Source: Haliotis rufescens (taxonomy: Eukaryota). Taken from it: a DNA stretch of 64,000 nucleotides. The stretch covers positions 62,001-126,000 of the forward strand of contig NW_025963913.1 of assembly GCF_023055435.1 (NCBI RefSeq). Reading direction: 5' to 3'. This document shows positions 11,901 through 25,534 of the stretch, piece by piece; position 1 is the first letter of the stretch; the number at the start of each line of letters is the position of its first letter. The translations under genes were made by a program, and so were the position numbers. The notes under the pieces are model-generated. The model did not search any database and was not told the DNA's origin. It saw only the letters and a list, made by a program, of their open reading frames with translations.

Positions 11901-14900
11901 GTGACCCATCTTTTGTGTCCAGATCATGAAACATTTACCATTCACCCGTGCTTGTCTATAGAATAAGTTAGTGACAATGGCAGCTAGTTGTGAAAAGTGA
12001 TCTATGGAGGACCACCTGTGACATGCATATTATATCAACTTATGATCAGTGCTCATGAAAGTAACACCTTTTGGTTTCCATATTAGAAAACTTTTACCTG
12101 TCACCCATTCTTGTCTCAAGAATGTGTAGGTCAAATCAGCTCCTGGCTATGAATATTATATGATAAAGGACCAGCTGTGACCTGGTTCGTTGTGTGTCAT
12201 TGTGATTTATCTGGTCCAGACTGAAATATCTTACATGCCGCCACAATACAGCTGTAAGATTACGAACTACTTCAATCACTCACCCATTGGTTTGTTAACC
12301 ATAACATGTTCCATGTGTGTATTGCTGCATTCAGAGAAACAACTGAGGCTATAGAAGTATAATACCGCTGTATCAGGTCTATTGGTTTGGAAAATGATAC
12401 AGGTACTCACTCACATCTTACCAAGTATGTTCCACATTTGTTTTACTCGCATCAGAGGAATCCATTCTCACCTTGGCAGTCATACTAAAGCATTTCTGAG
12501 CTTTTGTCTGAGAAAATACAAAACCTTCGTCTCAATGGACATATTGTATATTGTCTCTTGTCACTATATTGTGACAATATTGCAAGTGTGAAGTAAACGT
12601 TTAACTTAATGTCAGACACAGTAATTAAAACAATTGCTCACATGTTCTCTTAATATCTGGTCCTAAGAATATGACAAATAATCTAAGTGAAATTAAAATT
12701 TGATATTCCCCCTAATAAAAGCATTTTCAGTCTCGAGTGATGCACAAACATCTCAAAGTAATATATGGTGTGGGTTAAAAGAGTGTGCCAACCCCCATTT
12801 GGTATGCTGATGCCCATATTTCAATGTTGAAAATTATATTTCGTCTTTTTTTTCTTGCAAGGAGTGACAATTTAATAACAGATTTGTCTCTAAGCTAATG
12901 AGCTTACTTGGCCATGCATTGTATGTGAAATACCAGTTTAATTTACTTGCATCAGCTGTGAACACTGATATTACTCACGAATCACTAATGTGACAACTTA
13001 TCGTTGCAATTTATGGCTCTCGTCAGGCATTGTTTGTGCAACAATGAGGATTAAAATCACAGAATATAATGGTGGCTTTTCGTTGAAGATACAAGCTGAT
13101 ACTTCATGACCATTTACAACCTTGTTCATTTACAACAGTCATACACACTGAGTGACATCACCAAGACAATGCTGTTAACTATCTATAATTGGTTACTGAG
13201 TCACTTTTGCGATGCTTAGCAATGTACTTTCACTCAAATTGTTCCTCTACTTTTACAAACCACACAATTCAACTTCAGTTGTTAAAATAAAACATAACTA
13301 CTACTAAGACTGCAAAGTGATATTTTATTATGAAACCATTGTAGACATAAGTTAGAAACAAACACATGTTTTTCAGTTACATACTAAATAAACGGCCTCC
13401 AACCTCCCCTCACAGCCGCCCCTTTCCACACCTCACATACACTTACAAAACTGTACAGTGACATGTTTCCACTGTATATTTTTCATTACTTGATAGTAGA
13501 GTGAATATTTAGATAATTCACAGTGAAAAAAACAGGAAAGAGTAGGATAGTAGAGACAACATTAAGATAAGAGATAATACAAGTCAGGAAACTGTTGTTT
13601 AGTAGAGGGAACCTTAAGATAATAGCTAGTACAAGACAGGAAAGAGTAGGATAGTTGAGACAACATTAAGATAATAGCTAGTACAAGACAGGGAAGAGTA
13701 GGATAGTAGGGGAAACATATAAATGGTTCAAAACACAACGCTGGAGAGACTAGGATAGTAGAGAGTAGAACAGTAAGACAGTACATCGTACAAAACAGGA
13801 AGAGAAGGATATCAGAGACAACATTAAGATATTAGATAGTACAAGACAGGAAACTGTAGTTTAGTAGAGGGAACATTAAGATAATAGCTAGTACAAGACA
13901 GGAAAGAGTAGGATAGTAGGGGAAACATATAGATGGTTCAAAATACAACACTGGAGAGACTAGGATAGTAGAGAGTAGAACAGTAAGACAGTACATCGTA
14001 CAAAACAGGAAGAGAAGGATATCAGAGACAGCATTAAGATATTAGATAGTACAAGGCAGGAAAGTAGAGGTAGATAGTAGATGGTAGATAGTACAAAGGT
14101 GGAGAGAATGGGATAGTAGAGAGGACATTAAGATAGTAGGTAGCAGAAGGAAGGAAAGAGTATGATAGTAGAGAAAAGAAAATGAAATAGCAGACAGTAC
14201 AAGTCAGGGGAGAGTAGGTTAGGAGAAACAATAAGATAGTAGATAGTACAAGACAGGGAAGAGGATAGTAGAGGTAGATACTGATAGTAGATGGTAGATA
14301 GTACAAAGGTGGAAAGAATGGGATAGTAGAGAGGTCCCTACGATAGTAGGTAGTACGAGGAAGGAAAGAGGATGATAGTCATGGTGGTAGAGAGAATAAA
14401 ATCAAATATAAGACAGCACACAGGAGAGAGTAGGATAGTAGAGGTAGAAAGTAACTCGTAGATAGTACGAAGGTGGAGGGAATGGAATAGTAGAGAGGAT
14501 ATTGAGATAGTAGAAGGAAGGAAAGAGGATGATAGTAGGGGAAAAAATTAAATAGCAGACAGTACAAGGCAGGGGAGAGTAGGATAGGAGAGACAACAAT
14601 AAGATAGTAGATAGTACAAGGCAGGAAAGAGTAGGATAATAGAGATAAGAAAATTAAGATAGCAAATAGTACAAGACAGGAGATAGTAAGATAGTAAGAT
14701 AGAGTAAGATAGGATAGTGTAGTGTAGGACTGTATTTAGGCTAGTGTAGGTCAGTTAGGATAGTGAATGACTGGAGAGTGCATATATGTTTGGCAGTACA
14801 CAGTAGGGTAGTGTTGGACAGTAACTGAGAGGATAGTGTAGGTCAGTAGAGAGTAGGTTAGTGTAGGCCAATACAGTGCAGTGTAGGAGAGTATCCAGAC

Positions 14901-15623
14901 AGGAAAGATAGTAGGATAGATTAGGTAAGTATAGAGTAGGGTAGTAGCGTATTACAGTAGAATAGTGTAGGATAGAATAGGATAGTACAGAAGAGGGCAG
15001 AGTACGTCAGTACATGGTTGGGTGGTTTAGGACAGTACAAAGTAAAGAAGAGAATGACAGTGCACGGTAGAGTAGGAGTGAGTGAGTGAGTGTGTATGGT
15101 TTTCCGGAGCTTTCAGAAATATTCCAGCAATATCACGGCGGGAGACAACCAGAAATGGGCTTCAGACACTGTACCCATGTCAGGATTCAAACCCACGTTT
15201 TCGGTGTCACAAGCAAAAGCTTTAACCACTAGGCTACCCGACTGCCCCAGAGTAGTGTAGGAAAGTATGTAGCAGAGTAGTATATGAAAGTACATAGTAG
15301 ACTGACTCGAGTAGTGTATCACATTACATGGTAGTGTAGATTAGGCCAGTACATGGTAGGGTAAGGTAGTACAGTACATAGTAGAGTAGCATAGGAGTTG
15401 TGTGTGACAGTGCACGGTAGAGTAGTGTCAGATAGTACATAGCAGACTAGTGTAGGATAGTACATAGCACAGAAGTGTAGCACAGTAGATGGTAGTGTAG
15501 AGCACAACAGTACAAAGTAGTACAAAAACAATGACTGTTAGCGAAAGACATGAAAATCATGTATAAACCTCAACCTAACTATACACCAATCTATACCTAC
15601 CTGTTCCCTGCCCCTTACACTGT

Positions 15624-17346
15624 TTAGAAAAAGTCCCTGGTGCCAGATGAGAGACTGGAGCTGTACTCAGCCAGGAGAGCTTCCAGGTCCTCAAGAGTGT
15701 CCTGGGGCTCCTCCAGTCTCGCCTGCTTTACAGCTTGGGACACCTCGCTGTTGTCATCTGGGCACTTCCTCTTGCGTGAAGGCAGGGGCTCCTTGCTGGG
15801 CTCAGATGTGGGTTTCTTCTTTTTCCTTAAAATGAGTTTGGTAAGATACAGATATTCCACATCATATTCATCATCAGCGTTTGGCTCACATCTGTCCACT
15901 GACTTGGCAGAATGTACACTTAATGTTGCAGCAGTGACACCACCTGACTTAGGACTCTCTGGTGCTGAAACAACCTTATCCTTTACATTCTTAACAGGGA
16001 CAGGGGATGTCTTGCAACCTGTACTGGGCAAGACAGACTTTGGCTTTAAGTATGCACCATCAGCAGACAACAACTGTTCAGCAAAACTCTTAGGTGAGGC
16101 CTTAATGATACTATTTCTACCCCCAGACTTAGTGATACGGTTCCCCAGGGGTCTGCTCTGGGTTTTGATGTGCTGAGCGCCAAGAGGCTGAGGCACAAAG
16201 TAGGGCTTGCTCTCTGGCTGATGCTTGATCATTTTCTCCTTCAGAATGCGAGGCGTTGGCTGAGGTTTTGGCCTGAACGTGTGGGGCTTGCGTTTGCAGG
16301 GCTTGAGCTCGAGTTTCTGCTTTTGATGGACATTGGGTTTGGGGTTGCTTGTTGTAGGCATGGGAGGAGTTTCAACATGGGCCATGGACTGGGGATGAGG
16401 AACTGGACTGGGTGGGTCAAGTTGGGGCAGAACACAGGAGAAGGCCTAATGGGCGATACAGTCATTGTATCATTTTTATATTTCATGATTACTTAAGTAC
16501 AATGGAAGTATATCTCTACTATAAAAGCAAGTATAATTATCTTTTGAGTTACGTTTTATAAATCATCAAAAGAACAAGAATACTCCTGCATACCTCTGGT
16601 CTTATCAGCTCCAGGTCTAGCACTGCACTGGGCAGGCTGACAGGCAGCTGGCAGACAGGCATTATCTCCCTACGTCTATTGCAAGATGGTGGCTGGACTG
16701 CAGGAGGCAAGGGGATAGCAGTCACAGATGACTGACCTCCAGGCTGAAGGAGTCTTGGCTGTAGGTAACCAGCATCCAGGGAGAGGTTAACAGGATTACC
16801 AGCAGGTATCCAGATAGTGTTGTTATCTATCAGACATCTGGTCCCATCTCCCAACACCACTGTTGGCAGCCCGGGGAGCAAGCGGGTCACAGGCACTGTA
16901 ACAGTGAATAGTTTACTAAACTGCCTACAAGATAATTCGTCATTTCGTTAATAGTGAAAACCAATATCTAACTGTTCATTAGATTTATGTCTTTTGAAAA
17001 CAAGTTCAGCATGTCTGCAGGAATTCCAAGAAGTCGAAAATGTTGTGTATCATGTTCACGTTTTGTGACAGTACAACTAAAGTTCCCTAAAATGTTCAGG
17101 TTACCAATCACCATCTAAAGTTAATGTGAAACTCTACAATATAACACACTGGAAATTCCGAAAATTTGAATTGGTTATTGTGCAATTCTGTAATAGAAGA
17201 CCTTCATACAGACAATGAAAATTGAATATGCGGTGCGGAAACATCAGCGTTTCATTGTTTGTATTGTAAACACATTAAAACAATCACATGTTACTTTGTC
17301 ACTGGTCAAAATACAAATTTCAAATACCTGTCGTAGTGGGATTCAT
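15624..17346 (-). CDS. Array gene copy 2 (380 aa); complement(join(15624..16445,16594..16895,17328..17346))
   Basis: Same splice sites, open frame. Variants KPHT, EPNAD and REIMP. Confidence 0.75.
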
Positions 17347-20300
17347 AGTTTTCTCCACCTCTTCAAGTCGTACACACTTTTAGAGTCGTATTTTGCACAA
17401 TAAAACTGAGAACACTTCCAGTGATAGCTCTCAAAATGGCTGACACACAGGAAGGGCTAGCTGTTGTCATGACGCCGCTACTCTAGGCAAAACCACGCAT
17501 GCGTCGACTTTATGCACAACTCGGCACTTCCGTCTGCCTTACATTGTGAATAAAGTTAGATAGATCTACATCAACACTTGGCAGCCATCTATACAGGGTT
17601 GAACATGGAGAAGAAACGTTGTGAAATGCGAAGGTCATTCCAAGGGAAGCTACTCTAGTAGAGTTTGCTACTTAAAAAGAGTTACCGTGCTTGAATGAGG
17701 ATTTTATGATCGCTTGAATGAATCATAAAAAAATACTTCATGTTTGCAATGTGAGTGAGTTACTTGTGGGCCACCTGTGACCCCTTTACAATGTTAAAAG
17801 AAAATACCCTGACACTACATCTGTTAAGGTTTAGGCAATTCATTACCATTGTATATAGTTATTAATAAGCAAATTACATGAACATATTATTTTCTCTCAG
17901 ATTTAGGGTGTGTTCAAGATTGGAACTGCCACAATGGCTACTACAGGACTCAAACAGGAGTCACCCGGAAATCCTTATCTTATGCACAATAATTCAATAG
18001 AAGGGAAGCCAACTAAGTCACTGTAACATAATTCTTTAACCTTCCCCTGGCAACAATGGTTAGTACAGAAATAAAAATCGCGCCAAGGCAAAGTTGCTGA
18101 ACAGGAGTATTCAAAGTGAGAAAGAAATAGAGGAGGAGGGGTAAAGGGAAGTCCATTGGTAGGACGGAGGTAGGGGCAGGTGGGGGAAATGGGGATTATA
18201 AGAGGAGGACAGGTGAGGGGGGTTACATTGGTAGGACGGAGGTAGGGGCAGACGGGGAAATGGAGGAGGAGAGGTGAAGGGAAGTACATTGTTAGGACGG
18301 GAGTAGGGGCAGGTGGGGAAATTGGGGACATTGGAGGAGGAGAGGTGAAGGGAAGTACACTCGTAGGCCGGGGCTAGGGGCAGGTTGGGACATGGAGGAT
18401 AGGTGAAGGGAAGTACATTGGTGGGTCGGAGGTAGGGGCAGGTGGGGAAATTGAGGACATCGGAGGTGGGGAGGTGAAGGGAAGTACATTGGTAGGTCGG
18501 AGGTAGGGGCAGTCGGAGAAATGGAGGAGGAGAGATTCAGGGAAGTACATTGCTAGAGGCAGATCGGGAATTAGAGGACATTGGAGGGGGAGAGGGTAAG
18601 GGAAGTACATTGGTAGGTCGTAGGTTGGGGCAGGTGGGGAAATTGAGGACATCGGAGGTGAAGAGGTGAAGTGAAGTACATTGGTAGGTCGGAGGTAGGG
18701 GCAGTCGGAGAAATGGAGGTGGAGAGGTTCAGGGAAGTACATTGTTAGGACGGGGGTAGAGGCAGGTGGGGAAATGGAGGACATTGGAGGAGGAGAGGGT
18801 AAGGGAAGTACAATGGTAGGTCTTAGGTTGGGGCAGGTGGGGAAATGGAGGACATTGGAGGAGAGGTGAAGGAAAGTACACTGGTAGGACGGAGGAAGGG
18901 GAAAGTTGGGAAATGGAGATCATTGATGCAGGAGAGGTGAAGGGAAGCACACTGTTAAGACGGGGTTAGGAGCAGGTGGGCAAATAGTGGACATCGGAGG
19001 AGACAGTAAGGGATGTAATTGGTGTGATGGACGTAGGAGCAAATGGGGGGAAAGGGGGACATGGGAGTATTTGTAGAGAAGGGAAGAGCGGTGGAAGGCC
19101 TGACGTAGGTGCAGGTTGGGAAACATAACGGGGTAGATACGTCACGGAGGGGTTGAGGGTAGTACAGTGGTTGGATGGAGGTAGGAGCAAGTGGGGAAAG
19201 CAGGAGCTGGTTGAGAAATAGGAGACATGGGAGCAGGAGAGGGGAAGAAAAAGAAAAGAAAAGTGGAGGGAAACAAAGGACATGAGCGAAAGAGACAGGG
19301 GAAGGGTTGGATGATACAGAGGCAGGATTAAAGGGGAAATGGAAATTATATAGGAGTAGGACAGGGTAAGGGAAGTTTTATTGGAGAACGGAGGTCGGGG
19401 CTGGTGTGGAAATTGGGACATTAGAGTAGGAGAGAGGTGTTGTACTTTAAGGGACCGAAACTGGAGGTAGAAACTGGTCTTGAATTGGTGACATGGGAGT
19501 AGCCAAGGTGAAGGAAACTATTGTGGAAATGGTGGGAAATTAGGGTCATGTGTTATGAGAGAGGATAGGTAGTAAAGTGGGAGGACGAAGATAAGAGAAA
19601 TATTGATAGAAATTGAAATTCTGAGGTAGTTTACCATTGTCCAAAGAAGGTAAATGCGCCATCATGATACTGGTTTCTGGTTCTTCATTTCATTGCCTGG
19701 TTTGTTTACATGCCCCGTGGCATGGCAGGAGTACTGCTGTGTTGTGCCAGGAAACAAAGACATACTTTCTTGTGCAAATTTGGGAGGTACTATCCGTAGT
19801 GCAGGAAATGTTTACCATTTTCGTGAACACCTGGTGTCATCAACTGATTTTCACCCTTCTGTTCATAAACTTTTAATGTCTATTTTGCCTTTACAAGCAA
19901 TGGAATCTGCTTATTCAAAGGCAAGGCAAGGACGTTCAATAATTTACAGCAGTGTAAAACCATACTCAATCCTTTAGGTTCTGTGTTACTTTAAGTTAAA
20001 GAAATTAAAAGGTAAATTGTGCTAGGTAATGACATTATTTCCGTCATGTTATATTATAAATTGGTCATAAAACCGTTTCGGATTTCATATGTCAGAAAAG
20101 GAAGTTTCATAGTTTTCATATTTTCATATGACACATTCTCTTAATAGCTGAGAGAACGGCTCTGGCAAATACATGAGCTGAAATTAAACTGTCACAATGC
20201 CACAAGTACATCTACATGAGGCAAATCTGTGTCCCACCCGTGTATTGCTCGTGAAGAAGTATATGATATGACAAAATACATACTTGCTATATCAGTGCAT

Positions 20301-23300
20301 GTATCATCAGTGGTCATCAGAGTGACCCATCTTTTGTGTCCAGATCATGAAACATTTACCATTCACCCGTGCTTGTCTATAGAATAAGTTAGTGACAATG
20401 GCAGCTAGTTGTGAAAAGTGATCTATGGAGGACCACCTGTGACATGCATATTATATCAACTTATGATCAGTGCTCATGAAAGTAACACCTTTTGGTTTCC
20501 ATATTAGAAAACTTTTACCTGTCACCCATTCTTGTCTCAAGAATGTGTAGGTCAAATCAGCTCCTGGCTATGAATATTATATGATGAAGGACCAGCTGTG
20601 ACCTGGTTCGTTGTGTGTCATTGTGATTTATCTGGTCCAGACTGAAATATCTTACATGCTGCCACAATACAGCTGTAAGATTACGAACTACTTCAATCAC
20701 TCACCCATTGGTTTGTTTACCATAACATGTTCCATGTGTGTATTGCTGCATTCAGAGAAACAACTGAGGCTATAGAAGTATAATACCACTGTATCAGGTC
20801 TATTGGTTTGGAAAATGATACAGGTACTCACTCACATCTTACCAAGTATGTTCCACATTTGTTTTACTCGCATCAGAGGAATCCATTCTCACCTTGGCAG
20901 TCATACTAAAGCATTTCTGAGCTTTTGTCTGAGAAAATACAAAACCTTCGTCTCAATGGACATATCGTATATTGTCTCTTGTCACTATATTGTGACAATA
21001 TTGCAAGTGTGAAGTAAACGTTTAACTCAATGTCAGACACAGTAATTAAAACAATTGCTCACATGTTCTCTTAATATCTGGTGCTAAGTATATGACAAAT
21101 AATCTAAGTGAAATTAAAATTTGATATTCCCCCTAATAAAAGCATTTTCAGTCTCGAGTGATGCACAAACATCTCAAAGTAATATATGGTGTGGGTTAAA
21201 AGAGTGTGCCAACCCCCATTTGGTATGCTGATGCCCATATTTCAATGTTGAAAGTTATATTTCGTCTTTTTTTTCTTGCAAGGAGTGACAATTTAATAAC
21301 AGATTTGTCTCTAAGCTAATGAGCTTACTTGGCCATGCATTGTATGTGAAATACCAGTTTAATTTACTTGCATCAGCTGTGAACACTGATATTACTCATG
21401 AATCACTAATGTGACAACTTATCGTTGCAATTTATGGCTCTCGTCAGGCATTGTTTGTGCAACAATGAGGATTAAAATCACAGAATATAATGGTGGCTTT
21501 TCGTTGAAGATACAAGCTGATACTTCATGGCCATTTACAACCTTGTTCATTTACAACAGTCATACACACTGAGTGACATCACCAAGACAATGCTGTTAAC
21601 TATCTATAATTGGTTACTGAGTCACTTTTGCGATGCTTAGCAATGTACTTTCACTCAAATTGTTCCTCTACTTTAACAAACCACATAATTCAACTTCAGT
21701 TGTTAAAATAAAACATAACTACTACTAAGACTGCAAAGTGATATTTTATTATGAAACCATTGTAGACATAAGTTAGAAGCAAACACATGTTTTTCAGTTA
21801 CATACTAAATAAACGGCCTCCAACCTCCCCTCACAGCCGCCCCTTTCCACACCTCACATACACTTACAAAACTGTACAGTGACATGTTTCCACTGTATAT
21901 TTTTCATTACTTGATAGTAGAGTGAATATTTAGATAATTCACAGTGAAAAAAACAGGAAAGAGTAGGATAGTAGAGACAACATTAAGATAAGAGATAATA
22001 CAAGTCAGGAAACTGTTGTTTAGTAGAGGGAACATTAAGATAATAGCTAGTACAAGACAGGAAAGAGTAGGATAGTAGAGACAACATTAAGGTAATAGCT
22101 AGTACAAGACAGGGAAGAGTAGGATAGTAGGGGAAACATAAAGATGGTTCAAAACACAACGCTGGAGAGACTAGGATAGTAGAGAGTAGAACAGTAAGAC
22201 AGTACATCGTACAAAACAGGAAAAGAAGGATATCAGAGACAACATTAAGATATTAGATAGTACAAGGCAGGAAAGTAGAGTTAGATAGTAGATAGTAGAT
22301 AGTACAAAGGTGGAGAGAATGGGATAGTAGAGAGGACATTAAGATAGTAGGTAGCAGAAGGAAGGAAAGAGTATGATAGTAGAGAAAAGAAAATGAAATA
22401 GCAGACAGTACAAGTCAGGGGAGAGAAGGTTAGGAGAAACAATAAGATAGTAGATAGTACAAGACAGGGAAGAGGATAGTAGATGGTAGATAGTACAAAG
22501 GTGGAAAGAATGGGATAGTAGAGAGGTCCCTACGATAGTAGGAAGGAAAGAGGATGATAGTCATGGTGGTAGAGATAATAAAATTAAATATAAGACAGCA
22601 CACAGGAGAGAGTAGGATAGTAGAGGTAGAAAGTAACTCGTAGATAGTACGAAGGTGGAGGGAATGGAATAGTAGAGAGGATATTGAGATAGTAGAAGGA
22701 AGGAAAGAGGATGATAGTAGGGGAAAAAATTAAATAGCAGACAGTACAAGGCAGGGGAGAGTAGGATAGGAGAGACAACAATAAGATAGTAGATAGTACA
22801 AGGCAGGAAAGAGTAGGATAATAGAGATAAGAAAATTAAGATAGCAAATAGTACAAGACAGGAGATAGTAAGATAGTAAGATAGAGTAAGATAGGATAGT
22901 GTAGTGTAGGACTGTATTTAGGCTAGTGTAGGTCAGTTAGGATAGTGAATGACTGGAGAGTGCATATATGTTTGGCAGTACACAGTAGGGTAGTGTTGGA
23001 CAGTAACTGAGAGGATAGTGTAGGTCAGTAGAGAGTAGGTTAGTGTAGGCCAATACAGTGCAGTGTAGGAGAGTATCCAGACAGGAAAGATAGTAGGATA
23101 GATTAGGTAAGTATAGAGTAGGGTAGTAGCGTATTACAGTAGAATAGTGTAGGATAGAATAGGATAGTACAGAAGAGGGCAGAGTACGTCAGTACATGGT
23201 TGGGTGGTTTAGGACAGTACAAAGTAAAGAAGAGAATGACAGTGCACGGTAGAGTAGGAGTGAGTGAGTGAGTGTGTATGGTTTTCCGGAGCTTTCAAAA

Positions 23301-23805
23301 ATATTCCAGCAATATCACGGCGGGAGACAACCAGAAATGGGCTTCAGACACTGTACCCATGTCAGGATTCAAACCCACGTTTTCGGTGTCACAAGCAAAA
23401 GCTTTAACCACTAGGCTACCCGACTGCCCCAGAGTAGTGTAGGAAAGTATGTAGCAGAGTAGTATATGAAAGTACATAGTAGACTGACTCGAGTAGTGTA
23501 TCACATTACATGGTAGTGTAGATTAGGCCAGTACATGGTAGGGTAAGGTAGTACAGTACATAGTAGAGTAGCATAGGAGTTGTGTGTGACAGTGCACGGT
23601 AGAGTAGTGTCAGATAGTACATAGCAGACTAGTGTAGGATAGTACATAGCACAGAAGTGTAGCACAGTAGATGGTAGTGTAGAGCACAACAGTACAAAGT
23701 AGTACAAAAACAATGACTGTTAGCGAAAGACATGAAAATCATGTATAAACCTCAACCTAACTATACACCAATCTATACCTACCTGTTCCCTGCCCCTTAC
23801 ACTGT

Positions 23806-25534
23806 TTAGAAAAAGTCCCTGGTGCCAGATGAGAGACTGGAGCTGTACTCAGCCAGGAGAGCTTCCAGGTCCTCAAGAGTGTCCTGGGGCTCCTCCAGTC
23901 TCGCCTGCTTTACAGCTTGGGACACCTCGCTGTTGTCATCTGGGCACTTCCTCTTGCGTGAAGGCAGGGGCTCCTTGCTGGGCTCAGATGTGGGTTTCTT
24001 CTTTTTCCTTAAAATGAGTTTGGTAAGATACAGATATTCCACATCATATTCATCATCAGAGTTTAGCTCACATCTGTCCACTGACTTGGCAGAATGTACA
24101 CTTAATGTTGCAGCAGTGACACCACCTGACTTAGGACTCTCTGGTGCTGAAACAACCTTATCCTTTACATTCTTAACAGGGACAGGGGATGTCTTGCAAC
24201 CTGTACTGGGCAAGACAGACTTTGGCTTTAAGTATGCACCATCAGCAGACAACAACTGTTCAGCAAAACTCTTAGGTGAGGCCTTAATGATACTATTTCT
24301 ACCCCCAGACTTAGTGATACGGTTCCCCAGGGGTCTGCTCTGGGTTTTGATGTGCTGAGCGCCAAGAGGCTGAGGCACAAAGTAGGGCTTGCTCTCTGGC
24401 TGATGCTTGATCATTTTCTCCTTCAGAATGCGAGGCGTTGGCTGAGGTTTTGGCCTGAACGTGCGGGGCTTCCGTTTGCAGGGCTTGAGCTCGAGTTTCT
24501 GCTTTTGATGGACATTGGGTTTGGGGTTGCTTGTTGTAGGCATGGGAGGAGTTTCAACATGGGCCATAGACTGGGGATGAGGAACTGGACTGGGTGGGTC
24601 AAGTTGGGGCAGAACACAGGAGAAGGCCTAATGGGCGATACAGTCATTGTATCATTTTTATATTTCATGATTACTTAAGTACAATGGAAGTATATCTCTA
24701 CTATAAAAGCAAGTATAATTATCTTTTGAGTTACGTTTTATAAATCATCAAAAGAACAAGAATACTCCTGCATACCTCTGGTCTTATCAGCTCCAGGTCT
24801 AGCACTGCACTGGGCAGGCTGACAGGCAGCTGGCAGACAGGCATCATCTCTCTACGTCTATTGCAAGATGGTGGCTGGACTGCAGGAGGCAAGGGGATAG
24901 CAGTCACAGATACAGATGACTGACCTCCAGGCTGAAGGAGTCTTGGCTGTAGGTAACCAGCATCCAGGGAGAGGTTAACAGGATTACCAGCAGGTATCCA
25001 GATAGTGTTGTTATCTATCAGACATCTGGTCCCATCTCCCAACACCACTGTTGGCAGCCCGGGGAGCAAGCGGGTCACAGGCACTGTAACAGTGAATAGT
25101 TTACTAAACTGCCTACAAGATAATTCGTCATTTCGTTAATAGTGAAAACCAATATCTAACTGTTCATTAGATTTATGTCTTTTGAAAACAAGTTCAACAT
25201 GTCTGCAGGAATTCCAAGAAGTCGAAAATGTTGTGTATCATGTTCACGTTTTGTGACATTTCAACTAAAATTCCCTAAAATGTTCAGGTTACCAATCACC
25301 ATCTAAAGTTAATGTGAAACTCTACAATATAACACACTGGAAATTCCGAAAATTTGAATTGGTTATTGTGCAATTCTGTAATAGAAGACCTTCATACAGA
25401 CAATGAAAATTGAATATGCGGTGCGGAAACATCAGCGTTTCATTGTTTGTATTGTAAACACATTAAAACAATCACATGTTACTTTGTCACTGGTCAAAAT
25501 ACAAATTTCAAATACCTGTCGTAGTGGGATTCAT
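23806..25534 (-). CDS. Array gene copy 3 (382 aa); complement(join(23806..24627,24776..25083,25516..25534))
   Basis: Same splice sites. In-frame 6-nt duplication in exon 2 (SSVSVTA). Confidence 0.75.
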